Below, one piece after another: positions 1 through 10,293 of a stretch of 64,000 bases of DNA (positions are counted from its first letter, which is position 1; each line of letters opens with the position of its first letter). The notes beneath the pieces are model-generated. The model made no database searches, was not told the origin of the DNA, and saw only the letters and a list, made by a program, of their open reading frames with translations. The DNA lies in contig JBAZTS010000003.1 in NCBI GenBank assembly GCA_041661795.1, positions 3,939 through 67,938 on the forward strand. Reading direction: 5' to 3'. The stretch is from Minisyncoccota bacterium (lineage in GTDB: Bacteria; Patescibacteriota; Minisyncoccia; UBA6257; JAGOQP01). Position numbers and translations under genes: made by a program.

Positions 1-1996
1 GGCCCTAGCTATTTTACTGATTTTAGCCGAATTTAAAACAGCAGGTAGAGCCGGAGGAGCTATATTTAATTTTCTCTTTGGACTGTTTGGTTGGGGATAT
101 TCGCTTTTGCCATTAACTTTTTTGGGTATCAGCGCCAGTTTTATTTTTAATCGCAAAGAATCTAAGATTTACAAAACAACTTTCTGGGGAGCGATTATTT
201 TTCTTTTTTCTTCTTTGGGATTTATTGATGTCGTTTTTAATCAAAAAGGAGGAAGTTTAGGAAATATAGCCGGATATCTTAAAAATTGGTTTGGCGATAT
301 AGCTTGGGGGATTATTGCATTTATAATTGCCATTATTGGAATTATTTTAATTTCTGACCAACCCATAATATTTAGAAAAAAAGATAAAAACGAAGAAGAA
401 ATTGAGATTGAAGAAGTGAATATTAAAATAGCCAAAAATCAAGAAGTTTTAACAAGCAATAAGGAAGAGAACAGAGAAGAAGAACAGGAAGAAAAAGAAA
501 CAAAAATTAATATTCCAATTTTTGGAAAAAAGAACGGACAAGAAAAAGGAGTTGTGAAAAAGTTTTCCGATTATAAAGCTCCGCCCATGGAACTTTTAAG
601 ATCGTCTCTGGAGAAACCGGGGGCCGGGGATTTAAGAGCTAATGCCAATATTATCAAAAGAACATTAGAAGGATTTGGAATTCCCGTGGAAATGGGAGAG
701 ATAAATATAGGCCCTAAAGTTACCCGCTACACTTTGCGTCCGGCAGAGGGAATAAAATTATCAAGAATTACCGCCTTAAATCAAGATCTTTCCCTGGCTC
801 TATCGGCCCATCCGATAAGGATTGAAGCCCCGATTCCAGGAAAACCCTATGTTGGAATAGAGGTTCCCAACAAAAGCGCCGCCGTGGTACGACTTGGAAA
901 TCTTATTTCTTATCCTGAATTTGCGGGAAGTGGAATTTTAGGATTCTGTTTAGGAAGAGATGTCACGGGAGAACCTATTTTTGCAAATATAGAAAAAATG
1001 CCTCACTTACTCGTGGCAGGAGCGACAGGGTCAGGAAAATCAATAACCCTACATTCAATATTAATATCACTTCTTTACAAAAATTCACCACAAACATTAA
1101 AACTACTTTTAATCGACCCAAAAAGAGTAGAACTTTCGGTTTACAACGGCCTTCCTCATTTAATTTCCCCGGTAATCACTCAAGGGAAAAAGGCCTTGGG
1201 GGTTTTTAGATGGGCTTTGGCCGAAATGGACAAAAGATATGAAACTTTACTTAAAGCCGGAGCTAGAGATATTCAAAGCTACAATAAAAAAAACGAACAA
1301 GATGCCTTGCCTTATATAATTATAGTGGTTGATGAAATGGCGGATCTCATGACTTCTTATGGACGAGATGTGGAAAATGCAATCGTTCGTTTAGCTCAAA
1401 TGGCTAGAGCCACCGGAATTCATTTAATTCTTTCCACTCAAAGACCGTCAGTTGAAGTAATTACCGGTCTTATCAAAGCTAACATTACCTCAAGAGTTGC
1501 TTTACAGGTTGCTAGTCAAATTGATTCAAGAACAATTTTAGATACCGGCGGCGCAGAAAAACTCCTAGGTGGAGGAGATTTATTATTTGTATCGGCGGAA
1601 CTTTCTAAACCAAGAAGAATTCAGGGTTCATACATTTCAGAAGAAGAGATAAAAAAAGTCACCGACTTTATCAAAGATAATAACGAAGATTATACAAGCG
1701 ACGAAGAAGTTTCTTTTAGTCAAGAAAACTTGGAAAATGGGACCGGACAAGAAGGTGGCCGAGGAAAAGATATGTTTGAAGAGTTTGAAGAAAATCAGGA
1801 TGATGATGAGCTTTTACAAGAAGCCATGGAAACCGTAAAACAAGCCAAAAAGGCATCTGCTTCTCTACTCCAGAGACGTCTTAAGGTTGGCTATGCCAGA
1901 GCAGCTCGACTTCTGGATATTATGGAAGACAAGGGTATAATAGGCCCAGGAGACGGCGCCAAACCAAGAGAAGTATATATCTCAAAAGAAGAATAG
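1..1996 (+). CDS. ftsK: DNA translocase FtsK/SpoIIIE (5' end outside window)
   Basis: N-terminal TM helices, Walker A GATGSGKS, DPKRVEL, STQRPS, C-terminal gamma domain ASASLLQRRLKVGYARAARLLD. Confidence 0.97.
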   Translation, partial: ALAILLILAEFKTAGRAGGAIFNFLFGLFGWGYSLLPLTFLGISASFIFNRKESKIYKTTFWGAIIFLFSSLGFIDVVFNQKGGSLGNIAGYLKNWFGDIAWGIIAFIIAIIGIILISDQPIIFRKKDKNEEEIEIEEVNIKIAKNQEVLTSNKEENREEEQEEKETKINIPIFGKKNGQEKGVVKKFSDYKAPPMELLRSSLEKPGAGDLRANANIIKRTLEGFGIPVEMGEINIGPKVTRYTLRPAEGIKLSRITALNQDLSLALSAHPIRIEAPIPGKPYVGIEVPNKSAAVVRLGNLISYPEFAGSGILGFCLGRDVTGEPIFANIEKMPHLLVAGATGSGKSITLHSILISLLYKNSPQTLKLLLIDPKRVELSVYNGLPHLISPVITQGKKALGVFRWALAEMDKRYETLLKAGARDIQSYNKKNEQDALPYIIIVVDEMADLMTSYGRDVENAIVRLAQMARATGIHLILSTQRPSVEVITGLIKANITSRVALQVASQIDSRTILDTGGAEKLLGGGDLLFVSAELSKPRRIQGSYISEEEIKKVTDFIKDNNEDYTSDEEVSFSQENLENGTGQEGGRGKDMFEEFEENQDDDELLQEAMETVKQAKKASASLLQRRLKVGYARAARLLDIMEDKGIIGPGDGAKPREVYISKEE

Positions 1997-2013
1997 TTTG
2001 TATATAATAACCC

Positions 2014-2667
2014 ATGGAAATAAAAAGCTTACGAGAGATAATAAAAGGAGGAATTAAAGCCAAAGGAATAACTCCTCAAAAATTGACGGAGCTAACCGAT
2101 ATCGCCCCTATTTACATAAAATCTTTATTGGAGGGAAATCTTGAAAATATGCCCGCCCTTCCTTATGTTAGGGGTTATATGGAAAAAATTGCCGATGTGT
2201 TGGATTTGGATTTTAGAGAAATTTGGGAACAATACAGAAAAGAAACAGAAATCAAAAAATCTGGAGAAAAGGACCTGCTTCCTAATAACCGTTATGCGAC
2301 AAAACCGATAAATAAAAAAAGTATTTTTTGGATAGTTTTGGTTTTAGTGGTTGTTTCTTTATTAATACCACAGATATCAAGTTTTTTAGGATCTCCTTAT
2401 ATTGAAGTAACTTCACCAAAAGAAAATAATATTATCGTGGAGCAAAACACTTATTTATTGAGAGGCAAAGTGAGTAATTCTCGCGACAAAGTGACTATCG
2501 GCGATGAAGAAATAGTTGTTTTCCCAGATGGAACTTTTGAAAAAGAGGTTTTATTAAATGATAAGATAAACACATTTGAATTCAGAGCTAAAAGATTTTT
2601 AGGAAAAACTTCCTTGGTCTCAAGAATAATTATTTATCAACCACTAGAAATCACCCCAATATTATAA
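2014..2667 (+). CDS. RodZ-like HTH membrane protein
   Basis: N-terminal XRE-type HTH with LP..YVRGY motif, one TM helix, Ig-like C-terminus; lies between ftsK and recA. Confidence 0.75.
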   Translation: MEIKSLREIIKGGIKAKGITPQKLTELTDIAPIYIKSLLEGNLENMPALPYVRGYMEKIADVLDLDFREIWEQYRKETEIKKSGEKDLLPNNRYATKPINKKSIFWIVLVLVVVSLLIPQISSFLGSPYIEVTSPKENNIIVEQNTYLLRGKVSNSRDKVTIGDEEIVVFPDGTFEKEVLLNDKINTFEFRAKRFLGKTSLVSRIIIYQPLEITPIL

Positions 2668-2697
2668 AAATTATTATTAAACTTTTATTAAAATAAA

Positions 2698-3729
2698 ATG
2701 ACTAAACCAGAAAAAAAAGAAAAGGATAAATCAGGAGAACTAGATGACCTAATTGAATCGCTCCAAAGTAAATTTGGAGAGGGTTCAGTGATGAAATTGG
2801 ACGACAGAAGAAAAGCAATGAAAGTTGAAGTTGTCCCCACCGGGTCTTTCTCTTTAGATTTAGCTTTAGGAGTTGGCGGTCTTCCCAAGGGAAGGATTGT
2901 GGAAATTTTTGGTCCTGAGATGTCTGGAAAAACCACCCTGGCTTTATCGATTATTGCCCAATCTCAAAAAAGAGGAGGAAGATGCGCATTTATTGATGCC
3001 GAACATGCTTTAGATCCAGAATATGCCAAAAGAATCGGAGTTAAAACATCAGAGCTATTAATATCACAACCCGACAGCGGAGAAGAGGCGTTACAAATTT
3101 TAGAAAATATGGTCCATTCCGGACTTATAGAAATAGCCGTGATTGACTCGGTGGCCGCTTTAACACCAAGGGCTGAAATTGAGGGAGAAATAGGAGATCA
3201 GCACATTGGCCTTCAGGCCAGATTAATGTCTCAGGCATTAAGAAAACTAACTTCCATAGCTTCCAAAGCCGGCACAACTATAATTTTTATAAACCAGATA
3301 AGATCTCAAATAGGAACCGTTATGTGGGGGAATCCAGAAACAACTCCTGGAGGAAGAGCTTTAAAGTTTTATGCTTCGGTAAGAATTGATGTTAGAAGAA
3401 TAGCCCAGATTAAAAAGGGTGAGGAAGTAATCGGAAACAGAACTAAAGCCAAAGTGGTTAAAAATAAAGTAGCCGCTCCTTTTAGGTTTGCCGAGTTTGA
3501 TATCTTATATGGACAGGGAATTTCTTATGAAAATGACATAATCGCCACCGCGTTAAAACAAGGAGTGGTCACTAAATCTGGAAATACTTATTCTTTCAAT
3601 GGAGAAAAATTGGGAGTAGGAATGGAAGGAACTGGACAAAAATTAAAAGAAGACCAAAAACTCTTAAAAGATATAGAAAATCGGCTTAAAACGGCAATAG
3701 AATCAGCGATAATAGAACCAGGAGAATAA
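2698..3729 (+). CDS. recA: Recombinase RecA
   Basis: [41 protein letters not shown]. Confidence 0.99.
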   Translation: MTKPEKKEKDKSGELDDLIESLQSKFGEGSVMKLDDRRKAMKVEVVPTGSFSLDLALGVGGLPKGRIVEIFGPEMSGKTTLALSIIAQSQKRGGRCAFIDAEHALDPEYAKRIGVKTSELLISQPDSGEEALQILENMVHSGLIEIAVIDSVAALTPRAEIEGEIGDQHIGLQARLMSQALRKLTSIASKAGTTIIFINQIRSQIGTVMWGNPETTPGGRALKFYASVRIDVRRIAQIKKGEEVIGNRTKAKVVKNKVAAPFRFAEFDILYGQGISYENDIIATALKQGVVTKSGNTYSFNGEKLGVGMEGTGQKLKEDQKLLKDIENRLKTAIESAIIEPGE

Positions 3730-3753
3730 TTTTAAACTAATCAACGGTTATTA

Positions 3754-4722
3754 CTAGTTGTTAGTTAGCTTACTTTGTATATAATCCCTAATAGCGGTGT
3801 AGTTTTCAAATCCAGCCGATGGAATTAGAGCTGAAACGTAAGTAGTTGTAGCTCCAAATTGCAGTGGAATATTTTCTGTTTTTAAAAGTTTGGTGGAAAA
3901 ATCAAGAACCACACTTTCTAAAGTTATATTATCTAAAGAACTATCAAATATATAAGGGGTTATTTTTGACACATCTATACTGGAATTTTTAAGAACCTGC
4001 GAACTAAAAACAAAAGTTTTAACGAATTCTGACTTTTTATCTTTGTCTAAGTTTTTAAATTTCTCCAAAAGACCCTTAATTATTTCCTGTTGGTTTTTTT
4101 CTCTAAAAAAATCACCTTCTTTGTTGTAGCGATTCCTAATAAGCCAAATTGCATATTCCCCATCAAGATGATGAGCTCCTTTTTCTAATGTAAAACCACT
4201 TACCCAGTCAACCGCCGCTTCGTTTAGAACAACGTCTACGCCCCCAAGAAAATCAATGGCTTTAGAAACGGTGTTTAAATCAATAATCACAAATCCATCC
4301 GGATTTAATCCCGTAATCGTTTTCATTTTATCCAACACTTGAGGAATCTTTTTTTTGTAAATCACCTCGTTAATCTTGAACTGTTCTTTTCCATCGGCAA
4401 TCCAAAGGTCTCTTGGTATGGAAATTAGATAGGCCTTTTGGCTATCTGGATTATAATGGGCCAACATAATAGTGTCGGATAATTCCCCGGCATTATATTC
4501 CAGTCCTGGTTTTCCAAAAATCAAAACCGTTATTGGTTGTGTTTTAAAAATATTTTTAAAAAAATCAGAAACGTCTTGAATTCCTAAAGTACTTCTATCC
4601 TCGTCTCCCCAAGAAAGATTTCTTGAGGGTAATTTAAAAATAAGATTATAAACAAGGAACAGAAGAATAATGGCACCAACAACAAAGAGAGCGGTTTTAA
4701 GTAAAAATTTAATGATTGGCAT
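3754..4722 (-). CDS. LytR-CpsA-Psr (LCP) family protein
   Basis: N-terminal TM, SDTIML, ISIPRDL, R.R..EGDF.R...QQ motifs. Confidence 0.9.
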   Translation of the reverse strand: MPIIKFLLKTALFVVGAIILLFLVYNLIFKLPSRNLSWGDEDRSTLGIQDVSDFFKNIFKTQPITVLIFGKPGLEYNAGELSDTIMLAHYNPDSQKAYLISIPRDLWIADGKEQFKINEVIYKKKIPQVLDKMKTITGLNPDGFVIIDLNTVSKAIDFLGGVDVVLNEAAVDWVSGFTLEKGAHHLDGEYAIWLIRNRYNKEGDFFREKNQQEIIKGLLEKFKNLDKDKKSEFVKTFVFSSQVLKNSSIDVSKITPYIFDSSLDNITLESVVLDFSTKLLKTENIPLQFGATTTYVSALIPSAGFENYTAIRDYIQSKLTNN

Positions 4723-5549
4723 TATTTATTTAGAGTATAAAAATTTTTAAACAGACAAGCCACTAAAATTGGCCCCGTTCCTCCCGGAGTGGGAGTAAAA
4801 AAAGAAAGAAAATCATCGCCATTTTCATTTAAAGATTCAATATCAAAATCTCCTCCCATTTTACCCGTTTTTTCATTTATTCCGTATCCAAAGTCAATAA
4901 CCGCTGATCCTTTTTTGAGCATACTAGTTTTAACCAATCCTGCTTTTCCTGTTCCCAGGACAACTAGATCGGCGTTTTTTAAAGAATCTAAATTACATCC
5001 TTCTGACATGGAGCAAACTTCAGGAACTTCTTCTAAAAACCAATTAGTGACCGGGCGACCAACTAAAAACCCCTGCCCTAAAACCGCTACCTCTCTAAAA
5101 GAATTTCTTTTTAAGTTTAAACTTTTTAACACCTCATCTATAACCGCAACCGTAGGAGGTAAAACAATAGATCTGTTGTGATAAAAAGCCCCAACAGCTC
5201 TTTCTGACATCGCCTCTATGTCTTTTTGAGAAGGAATAACATTGATCGCATAGAAGGGGTTTAGAGTATTAGGAAGAGGAAGTTGTAAAATAGCTCCCCC
5301 GCATTGGCTGGACAAAACCACCTGTCTTATTTTTTCCCTTAAATCATCGTTGGAAATATTTTCATCGTATTGATACAAACGAAAATCCACCCCAAGCTCT
5401 TTGGCTATTTTTTCTTTTTGAGCGATAAAACTGACGGAAGCCGGATCTTTTCCAACCAAAAACACCGCCAAAAATTTTTTGGGTACTGTTTTTGTTTTAA
5501 GCTCGTCTAAAATATTTTTAGCTATTTGTTTTCCATCTATTTTAATCAT
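4722..5549 (-). CDS. folD: Bifunctional methylene-THF dehydrogenase/cyclohydrolase
   Basis: IDGK.IA, LQLPLP, TPTPGGTGP; start taken at ATG 5549. Confidence 0.92.
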   Translation of the reverse strand: MIKIDGKQIAKNILDELKTKTVPKKFLAVFLVGKDPASVSFIAQKEKIAKELGVDFRLYQYDENISNDDLREKIRQVVLSSQCGGAILQLPLPNTLNPFYAINVIPSQKDIEAMSERAVGAFYHNRSIVLPPTVAVIDEVLKSLNLKRNSFREVAVLGQGFLVGRPVTNWFLEEVPEVCSMSEGCNLDSLKNADLVVLGTGKAGLVKTSMLKKGSAVIDFGYGINEKTGKMGGDFDIESLNENGDDFLSFFTPTPGGTGPILVACLFKNFYTLNK

Positions 5550-6756
5550 ATTTTTTGACAACCAAAATATTGTGTAATTCTTTAGCTAATTTCTTCATAT
5601 CTTTTTCTTTCATTCCTCTTGAGGTAACTGCATAAGTTCCGATTCGTATGGCTGATGGCTTAAAGGGAGAGGTGTCTCCAAAAATTGTGTTGCGGTTGGC
5701 TAAAATTCCATTTTTTTCCAGCATTTTTTCCGCCTCAAACCCGTTTATACCTAAACCAGATACATCTATCAGGAACATGTGACAATCAGTTCCTCCACCA
5801 ACTATATCCCAGCCCAAGGCTGGTCCGCCTCGGGCGGAAAACCCTAATTTTTTCATTTCATCACAAAGAGTTTTAGCGTTTTTTACAACTTGCTTATAGT
5901 AATTTTTGTTTTTCGTCGTAAGCAAAAGTCCATGGGCAATGGCGGCAATTGTGTTGTTATGAGGTCCGCCTTGGAGACCGGGGAATATCGCTTTATCAAC
6001 TAATATTGGTAAATCAATATTTTCTTTTTTTATATAAATTAAAGCTGCTCTCGGACCAAAAAGTGATTTATGAGTTGTAGTCATAACAAAATCAGAATAT
6101 TTAAAAGGAGACGGGTAAAATCCGGCTGAAATTAATCCGGCATAGTGAGAAATATCAGCCAGATGATAAGCCCCTACTTTTTTGGCAATTTCTCCTATCT
6201 TTTTGAAGTTTATTTTTTTAGGATAGGCCGAGGCCCCAGAGACAATAATTTTGGGCTTATGTTTTTTTGCTAATTTTTCTAATTCTTTATAATCAATGTC
6301 ATAATTTTTATCAACGCCGTAATGAACAACGTTAAAAAGTTTTCCAGTAAAACTAACTTTGGAACCATGAGAAAGGTGTCCTCCGGCGGTCAAATCCATA
6401 GAAAGGATTGTTTCGCCTGGTTTTAGAACAGAAAGATAAATAGCCAAGTTAGCAATAGCTCCCGAATAGGCCTGGACATTCACATGCCATTTGTTTTTAT
6501 CTAATTTAAATACCTTTAAGGCCCTATCTTTAGCCAACTCTTCTATTTTGTCATAGTAAACATTCCCAGGATAATATCTTTTTCCGGAATATCCTTCCGA
6601 GTATTTATTGGTCAATTCCGACCCAAGCAACTCCAAAACACCTTGGGGAGCCAAATTTTCTGAAGCAATTAAATCAATGTCTTCTTTTTGTCTTTTTACT
6701 TCCTTGTCAGCTAGGTCAAAAAGAGTTTTGTCTGTCTTTTTTAACTTTTTAAGCAT
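5542..6756 (-). CDS. glyA: Serine hydroxymethyltransferase with a 10-aa palindrome-derived insert
   Basis: LIASEN, NKYSEGY, GGHLSHG, TTTHKS, PGLQGGP; extra SARGGPALGW before DIVGGGTD. Confidence 0.97.
   Translation of the reverse strand: MLKKLKKTDKTLFDLADKEVKRQKEDIDLIASENLAPQGVLELLGSELTNKYSEGYSGKRYYPGNVYYDKIEELAKDRALKVFKLDKNKWHVNVQAYSGAIANLAIYLSVLKPGETILSMDLTAGGHLSHGSKVSFTGKLFNVVHYGVDKNYDIDYKELEKLAKKHKPKIIVSGASAYPKKINFKKIGEIAKKVGAYHLADISHYAGLISAGFYPSPFKYSDFVMTTTHKSLFGPRAALIYIKKENIDLPILVDKAIFPGLQGGPHNNTIAAIAHGLLLTTKNKNYYKQVVKNAKTLCDEMKKLGFSARGGPALGWDIVGGGTDCHMFLIDVSGLGINGFEAEKMLEKNGILANRNTIFGDTSPFKPSAIRIGTYAVTSRGMKEKDMKKLAKELHNILVVKKYD
5809..5838. mobile_element. 30-bp double-hairpin element, in frame in glyA
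   Basis: ccagcc-caa-ggctgg + tccgcc-tcg-ggcgga; related to copies at 32185 and 35469. Confidence 0.85.
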
Positions 6757-6824
6757 TAAACAATAATAATCCAAAAAGACCGCTTTGAGCAAGCTGGTTT
6801 GTTAAAATATTAAAATAACAAAAT

Positions 6825-8024
6825 TTAATTAAAATATTCCAGCTGGACATTATCTACCCATAAAGTTCCTTCCTCTCCGTCGTTTCCAAATAAATACAAA
6901 GAAGCGTCATGATTGTCCACTTCCCAATCGGAAGTAACTGTAAATTCATGGGTAATCTTTTCCCAGTCCTTTTTATTTGGAATGGTTTTACTAACAATGG
7001 CCGTGTCAAAAACATAGGCGCCTTGAGAGTTGGACCAGTGATAAATTCCAAATCTGGCGGTTTTGTTTTTATTATCAACTTTAGCCATAAATTTTACCCT
7101 AACAGCCGTGCCCGGCTTCCAACTATGAGTTAGTCCAAGATTTTGCCATGTTTGATAAATTTCTTGGAGACGATGAGGATATCCGTATTGAGTATTTTTG
7201 TCTATAAATTCTATACAAGGAGAATTTCCTATGCCACAAGGGTCAAAAACATGCCCATGATATCCAACCGAAGGACTAGGAACAGAGGGATTGTATCCGA
7301 AAGAAAATCCTCTACTTGGCTTGTGATCACCGTTCAAATTAACATCCCATCCAGGATTATATGATTCCGAAATGTGATTGATGTTTGTATTATCTACTAT
7401 GTTTCCGGAAATATCATCTTTAAAATCGTCGCTTTTTTCTTCATAGGAATAATCATCGTCTCCATCATCGGTTGATGTTTTATCTTTATCTCCGCCTAGG
7501 GTATATTCGTTACTCTCAAGGTTATTGGCAGCAACATAGAAATTGTTACTGTCGTCTACCGAATAAAGATAGTAGCTCTCGGAAGCGACGTCATTAACCG
7601 GATCGGTTGGTAAAATATTTATGGATATTGAGCCGGCCAATTTGGTGAAATCAACAGGCACCCATCCGGTTCCATCAACATTAAAAATATCTTCCTGAGA
7701 TATACAACGGTAAGACCATCCTAATGGAAGCTCGGGAAGATTTAGATTGTCGCAAGTAGGCGAAGAATCTGGAATTGAAGGATAAACGGTGTTGGGACTT
7801 CCCATAAGAACCGCCTGAGGACTAAATTTGGCTTTAGCAAGGTTAATTTCCAAGTTTTTAACATCCGATATTCTTTTAACATCCCGAGATTCGGCTAAAA
7901 ATTCGGCTGGATTGATAACAAATATTGCCGCTCCTCCCAAAAAAACCAATATTCCCATCACCACCAAAAGCTCTACAAGAGTTGTTGATTTCTTTTCTTT
8001 ATCTTCCTTGTTAGAATCTTTCAT
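6825..8024 (-). CDS. Type IV prepilin-like protein with a C-terminal beta-sandwich (CBM-like) domain
   Basis: KKSTTLVELLVVMGIL...INPAE..A.SRD..R.SD pilin N-terminus; C-terminal LWVDNVQLE. Confidence 0.7.
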   Translation of the reverse strand: MKDSNKEDKEKKSTTLVELLVVMGILVFLGGAAIFVINPAEFLAESRDVKRISDVKNLEINLAKAKFSPQAVLMGSPNTVYPSIPDSSPTCDNLNLPELPLGWSYRCISQEDIFNVDGTGWVPVDFTKLAGSISINILPTDPVNDVASESYYLYSVDDSNNFYVAANNLESNEYTLGGDKDKTSTDDGDDDYSYEEKSDDFKDDISGNIVDNTNINHISESYNPGWDVNLNGDHKPSRGFSFGYNPSVPSPSVGYHGHVFDPCGIGNSPCIEFIDKNTQYGYPHRLQEIYQTWQNLGLTHSWKPGTAVRVKFMAKVDNKNKTARFGIYHWSNSQGAYVFDTAIVSKTIPNKKDWEKITHEFTVTSDWEVDNHDASLYLFGNDGEEGTLWVDNVQLEYFN

Positions 8025-8031
8025 TTTTTAA

Positions 8032-8808
8032 TTATATCACACCAAACAAGTCGGTGGTATTTTTGAAAATTATTTTTTCTGTTTCTTCTAATGACATATT
8101 TTTTATCACAGAGATTGATTCCAAAACTTCTCCGACAAAAGACGGTTCGTTTCTTTCTTTGCGATGAGACAAAGGTGAAACGAATGGAGCGTCAGTTTCA
8201 ATTAATATATTTTCAATAGGAATATATTTTATAACTTCATCAAACTGACGGTTATAAGTAATTAATCCTCCAAATGTAAAAGAAAATCCCAAATTTAGAG
8301 CTTTTTTTGCCTCCTCTATCCCACCAGTGAAAAAATGAAAGATTCCAGCGTTTTTTAATAAAAAATCTTTATGATTTTCCAAAATTTCAAATGTTCCTGG
8401 GAAGGCCTCCCGACAATGAATAACTAATGGCTTTTTAATTTGGTCTGATAATTTTATGTGTTTTATAAAAAGTTCTTCCTGTATCACTCGATTATTTCTA
8501 TCCTCCTCCCTATAAAAATCCATCCCACACTCACCTATGCCAACAACCTTGTCATCGGCAGCCAGTTTTCCTATTTCATCAAATTTATCCAAATCCTTTT
8601 TGGCGTCAGTGGGATGGAGACCAACCGTAGCCCAAATTCCATCGTATTTATGCGCCAAATTAACCGCTTCTTGTGATGATTTCAAATCGGCTCCGGCATT
8701 TATCATTCCGATTTCTTTATCTAAGGCTCTTTTTATAACCCCTTCTCTATCTTTGTCATATTGCTCAAACTGAACGTGAGTATGGGCGTCTATTATTTTT
8801 AAATTCAT
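8032..8808 (-). CDS. tatD: TatD family DNase
   Basis: IDAHTH, GLHP, IGECGMD, IHCREA, ETDAPF. Confidence 0.95.
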   Translation of the reverse strand: MNLKIIDAHTHVQFEQYDKDREGVIKRALDKEIGMINAGADLKSSQEAVNLAHKYDGIWATVGLHPTDAKKDLDKFDEIGKLAADDKVVGIGECGMDFYREEDRNNRVIQEELFIKHIKLSDQIKKPLVIHCREAFPGTFEILENHKDFLLKNAGIFHFFTGGIEEAKKALNLGFSFTFGGLITYNRQFDEVIKYIPIENILIETDAPFVSPLSHRKERNEPSFVGEVLESISVIKNMSLEETEKIIFKNTTDLFGVI

Positions 8809-8813
8809 AATTA

Positions 8814-10280
8814 TTATTCCAATCGCGGAAATAAATTGGCTGCTTTTTTAACTTTGATAAATTTTCCTTTCAGAGAAACGCTTGAGGTAATCTTTTTGGA
8901 TGTATCCGGAAGAAAGGGGCCGACCAAAACCCCGATTGCGTTAAGAAGTATAAGTAGATTAAACAAAGTTTTTTCGTTTTTGATATTTCCATTTTCCTCA
9001 CTCCAGGGTTTTTGTTCGTTAACATAAGAATCGCCAACGGAAATCAGCGACCATATTTCTGATAAAGCATCATTAAACATAAAACCATCAAGCTGTTTGT
9101 CTATATTTTGCTGAACGGCTTTTATTCTCTGTTCTATAGAAAGTTCCATCAAAGAAAAATTATTGGGTATCTTTTTAAATTTTTCCGCCAGACCCAGAAC
9201 TCTTGCATAAAAATTACCAAGACCCTTAGCTAAATCCGAGTTGTATCTTTCCACAAATCTTTTTTGTGAATAATCCCCATCGTCAAAAGGAGAAATTTCT
9301 CTTAAAAAGTAATACCTAACGGGATCGGTTCCAAATTTATCAACTAAATCATTTGGTAGGATAACATTACCAAGGGATTTGGATATCTTTTGTCCTTCAA
9401 TGTTTATAAAACCGTGAATAAAAAGTTTTTGGGGTAATGGAAGTTTGGCCGAAATTAACATGGCCGGCCAGATAGCAACGTGAAACTTGGCCACGTCTTT
9501 TCCTAAAACCTGAACATCCGCCGGCCACCATTTTTCAAACTCTTTTTCGTCTCTACCATAACCAATAGCTGATATATAATTAGTTAAGGCATCAGCCCAA
9601 ACATATATAACTTGAGAGTCGTCTCCTGGAACTCTTATCCCCCAAGAAAGTTTTTCTTTGGGGCGAGAGAAGCTGACATCCTCCAACCCTTTGTCTATCA
9701 AGGAAAGAATTTCATTGGCCTTGCTTTGAGGAATAACTTTCATTTCGCCGCTTTCTATCTTACTTTTAATCGTTTTTCCGTAAGCAGAAAGACGAAAAAA
9801 ATAATTTTCTTCTTCAACCAACTCGGGTTCTTTTTGATGGATAATACACTTTCCTTCTTCTATGTCTTTGTCTGTTAAAAAGGTTTCGCACCCAGAACAG
9901 TAAAGCCCGCGATAAGTCCTTTTATAAATATCCTTGGCTTCTTCCAATTGTTTCCACATTTTAAAAACTCCGGGCCAATGTCTTTTTTTATCGGTTGTTC
10001 TGATAAAACCATCCCAAGAAAGGTTTAGTGTTTTTTTAAAATCCTTAGTAATTTTGCTAATTTTATCAACTAATTTTTTGGGGCTGATTTTTTCTTCCAA
10101 GGCCTTTTTTTGAATTTTAGTTCCATGCTCATCAGAACCGGTCAAAAAAAAGACCTCTTTGCCGTTGGCTCTGGCGTGCCTGGCTAAAACATCTGCTTGG
10201 ATAAATTCCAAAGTATTACCTATATGAGGAACACTGCTCATATAAGGTATGGTTGTTGTTATATAAAATTTTTCCCGCAT
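8814..10280 (-). CDS. metG: Methionine--tRNA ligase
   Basis: YITTTIPY..PHIGN, GSDEHG, YVWADAL, KISKS. Confidence 0.97.
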   Translation of the reverse strand: MREKFYITTTIPYMSSVPHIGNTLEFIQADVLARHARANGKEVFFLTGSDEHGTKIQKKALEEKISPKKLVDKISKITKDFKKTLNLSWDGFIRTTDKKRHWPGVFKMWKQLEEAKDIYKRTYRGLYCSGCETFLTDKDIEEGKCIIHQKEPELVEEENYFFRLSAYGKTIKSKIESGEMKVIPQSKANEILSLIDKGLEDVSFSRPKEKLSWGIRVPGDDSQVIYVWADALTNYISAIGYGRDEKEFEKWWPADVQVLGKDVAKFHVAIWPAMLISAKLPLPQKLFIHGFINIEGQKISKSLGNVILPNDLVDKFGTDPVRYYFLREISPFDDGDYSQKRFVERYNSDLAKGLGNFYARVLGLAEKFKKIPNNFSLMELSIEQRIKAVQQNIDKQLDGFMFNDALSEIWSLISVGDSYVNEQKPWSEENGNIKNEKTLFNLLILLNAIGVLVGPFLPDTSKKITSSVSLKGKFIKVKKAANLFPRLE

Positions 10281-10293
10281 AAATCGTGGGCCG

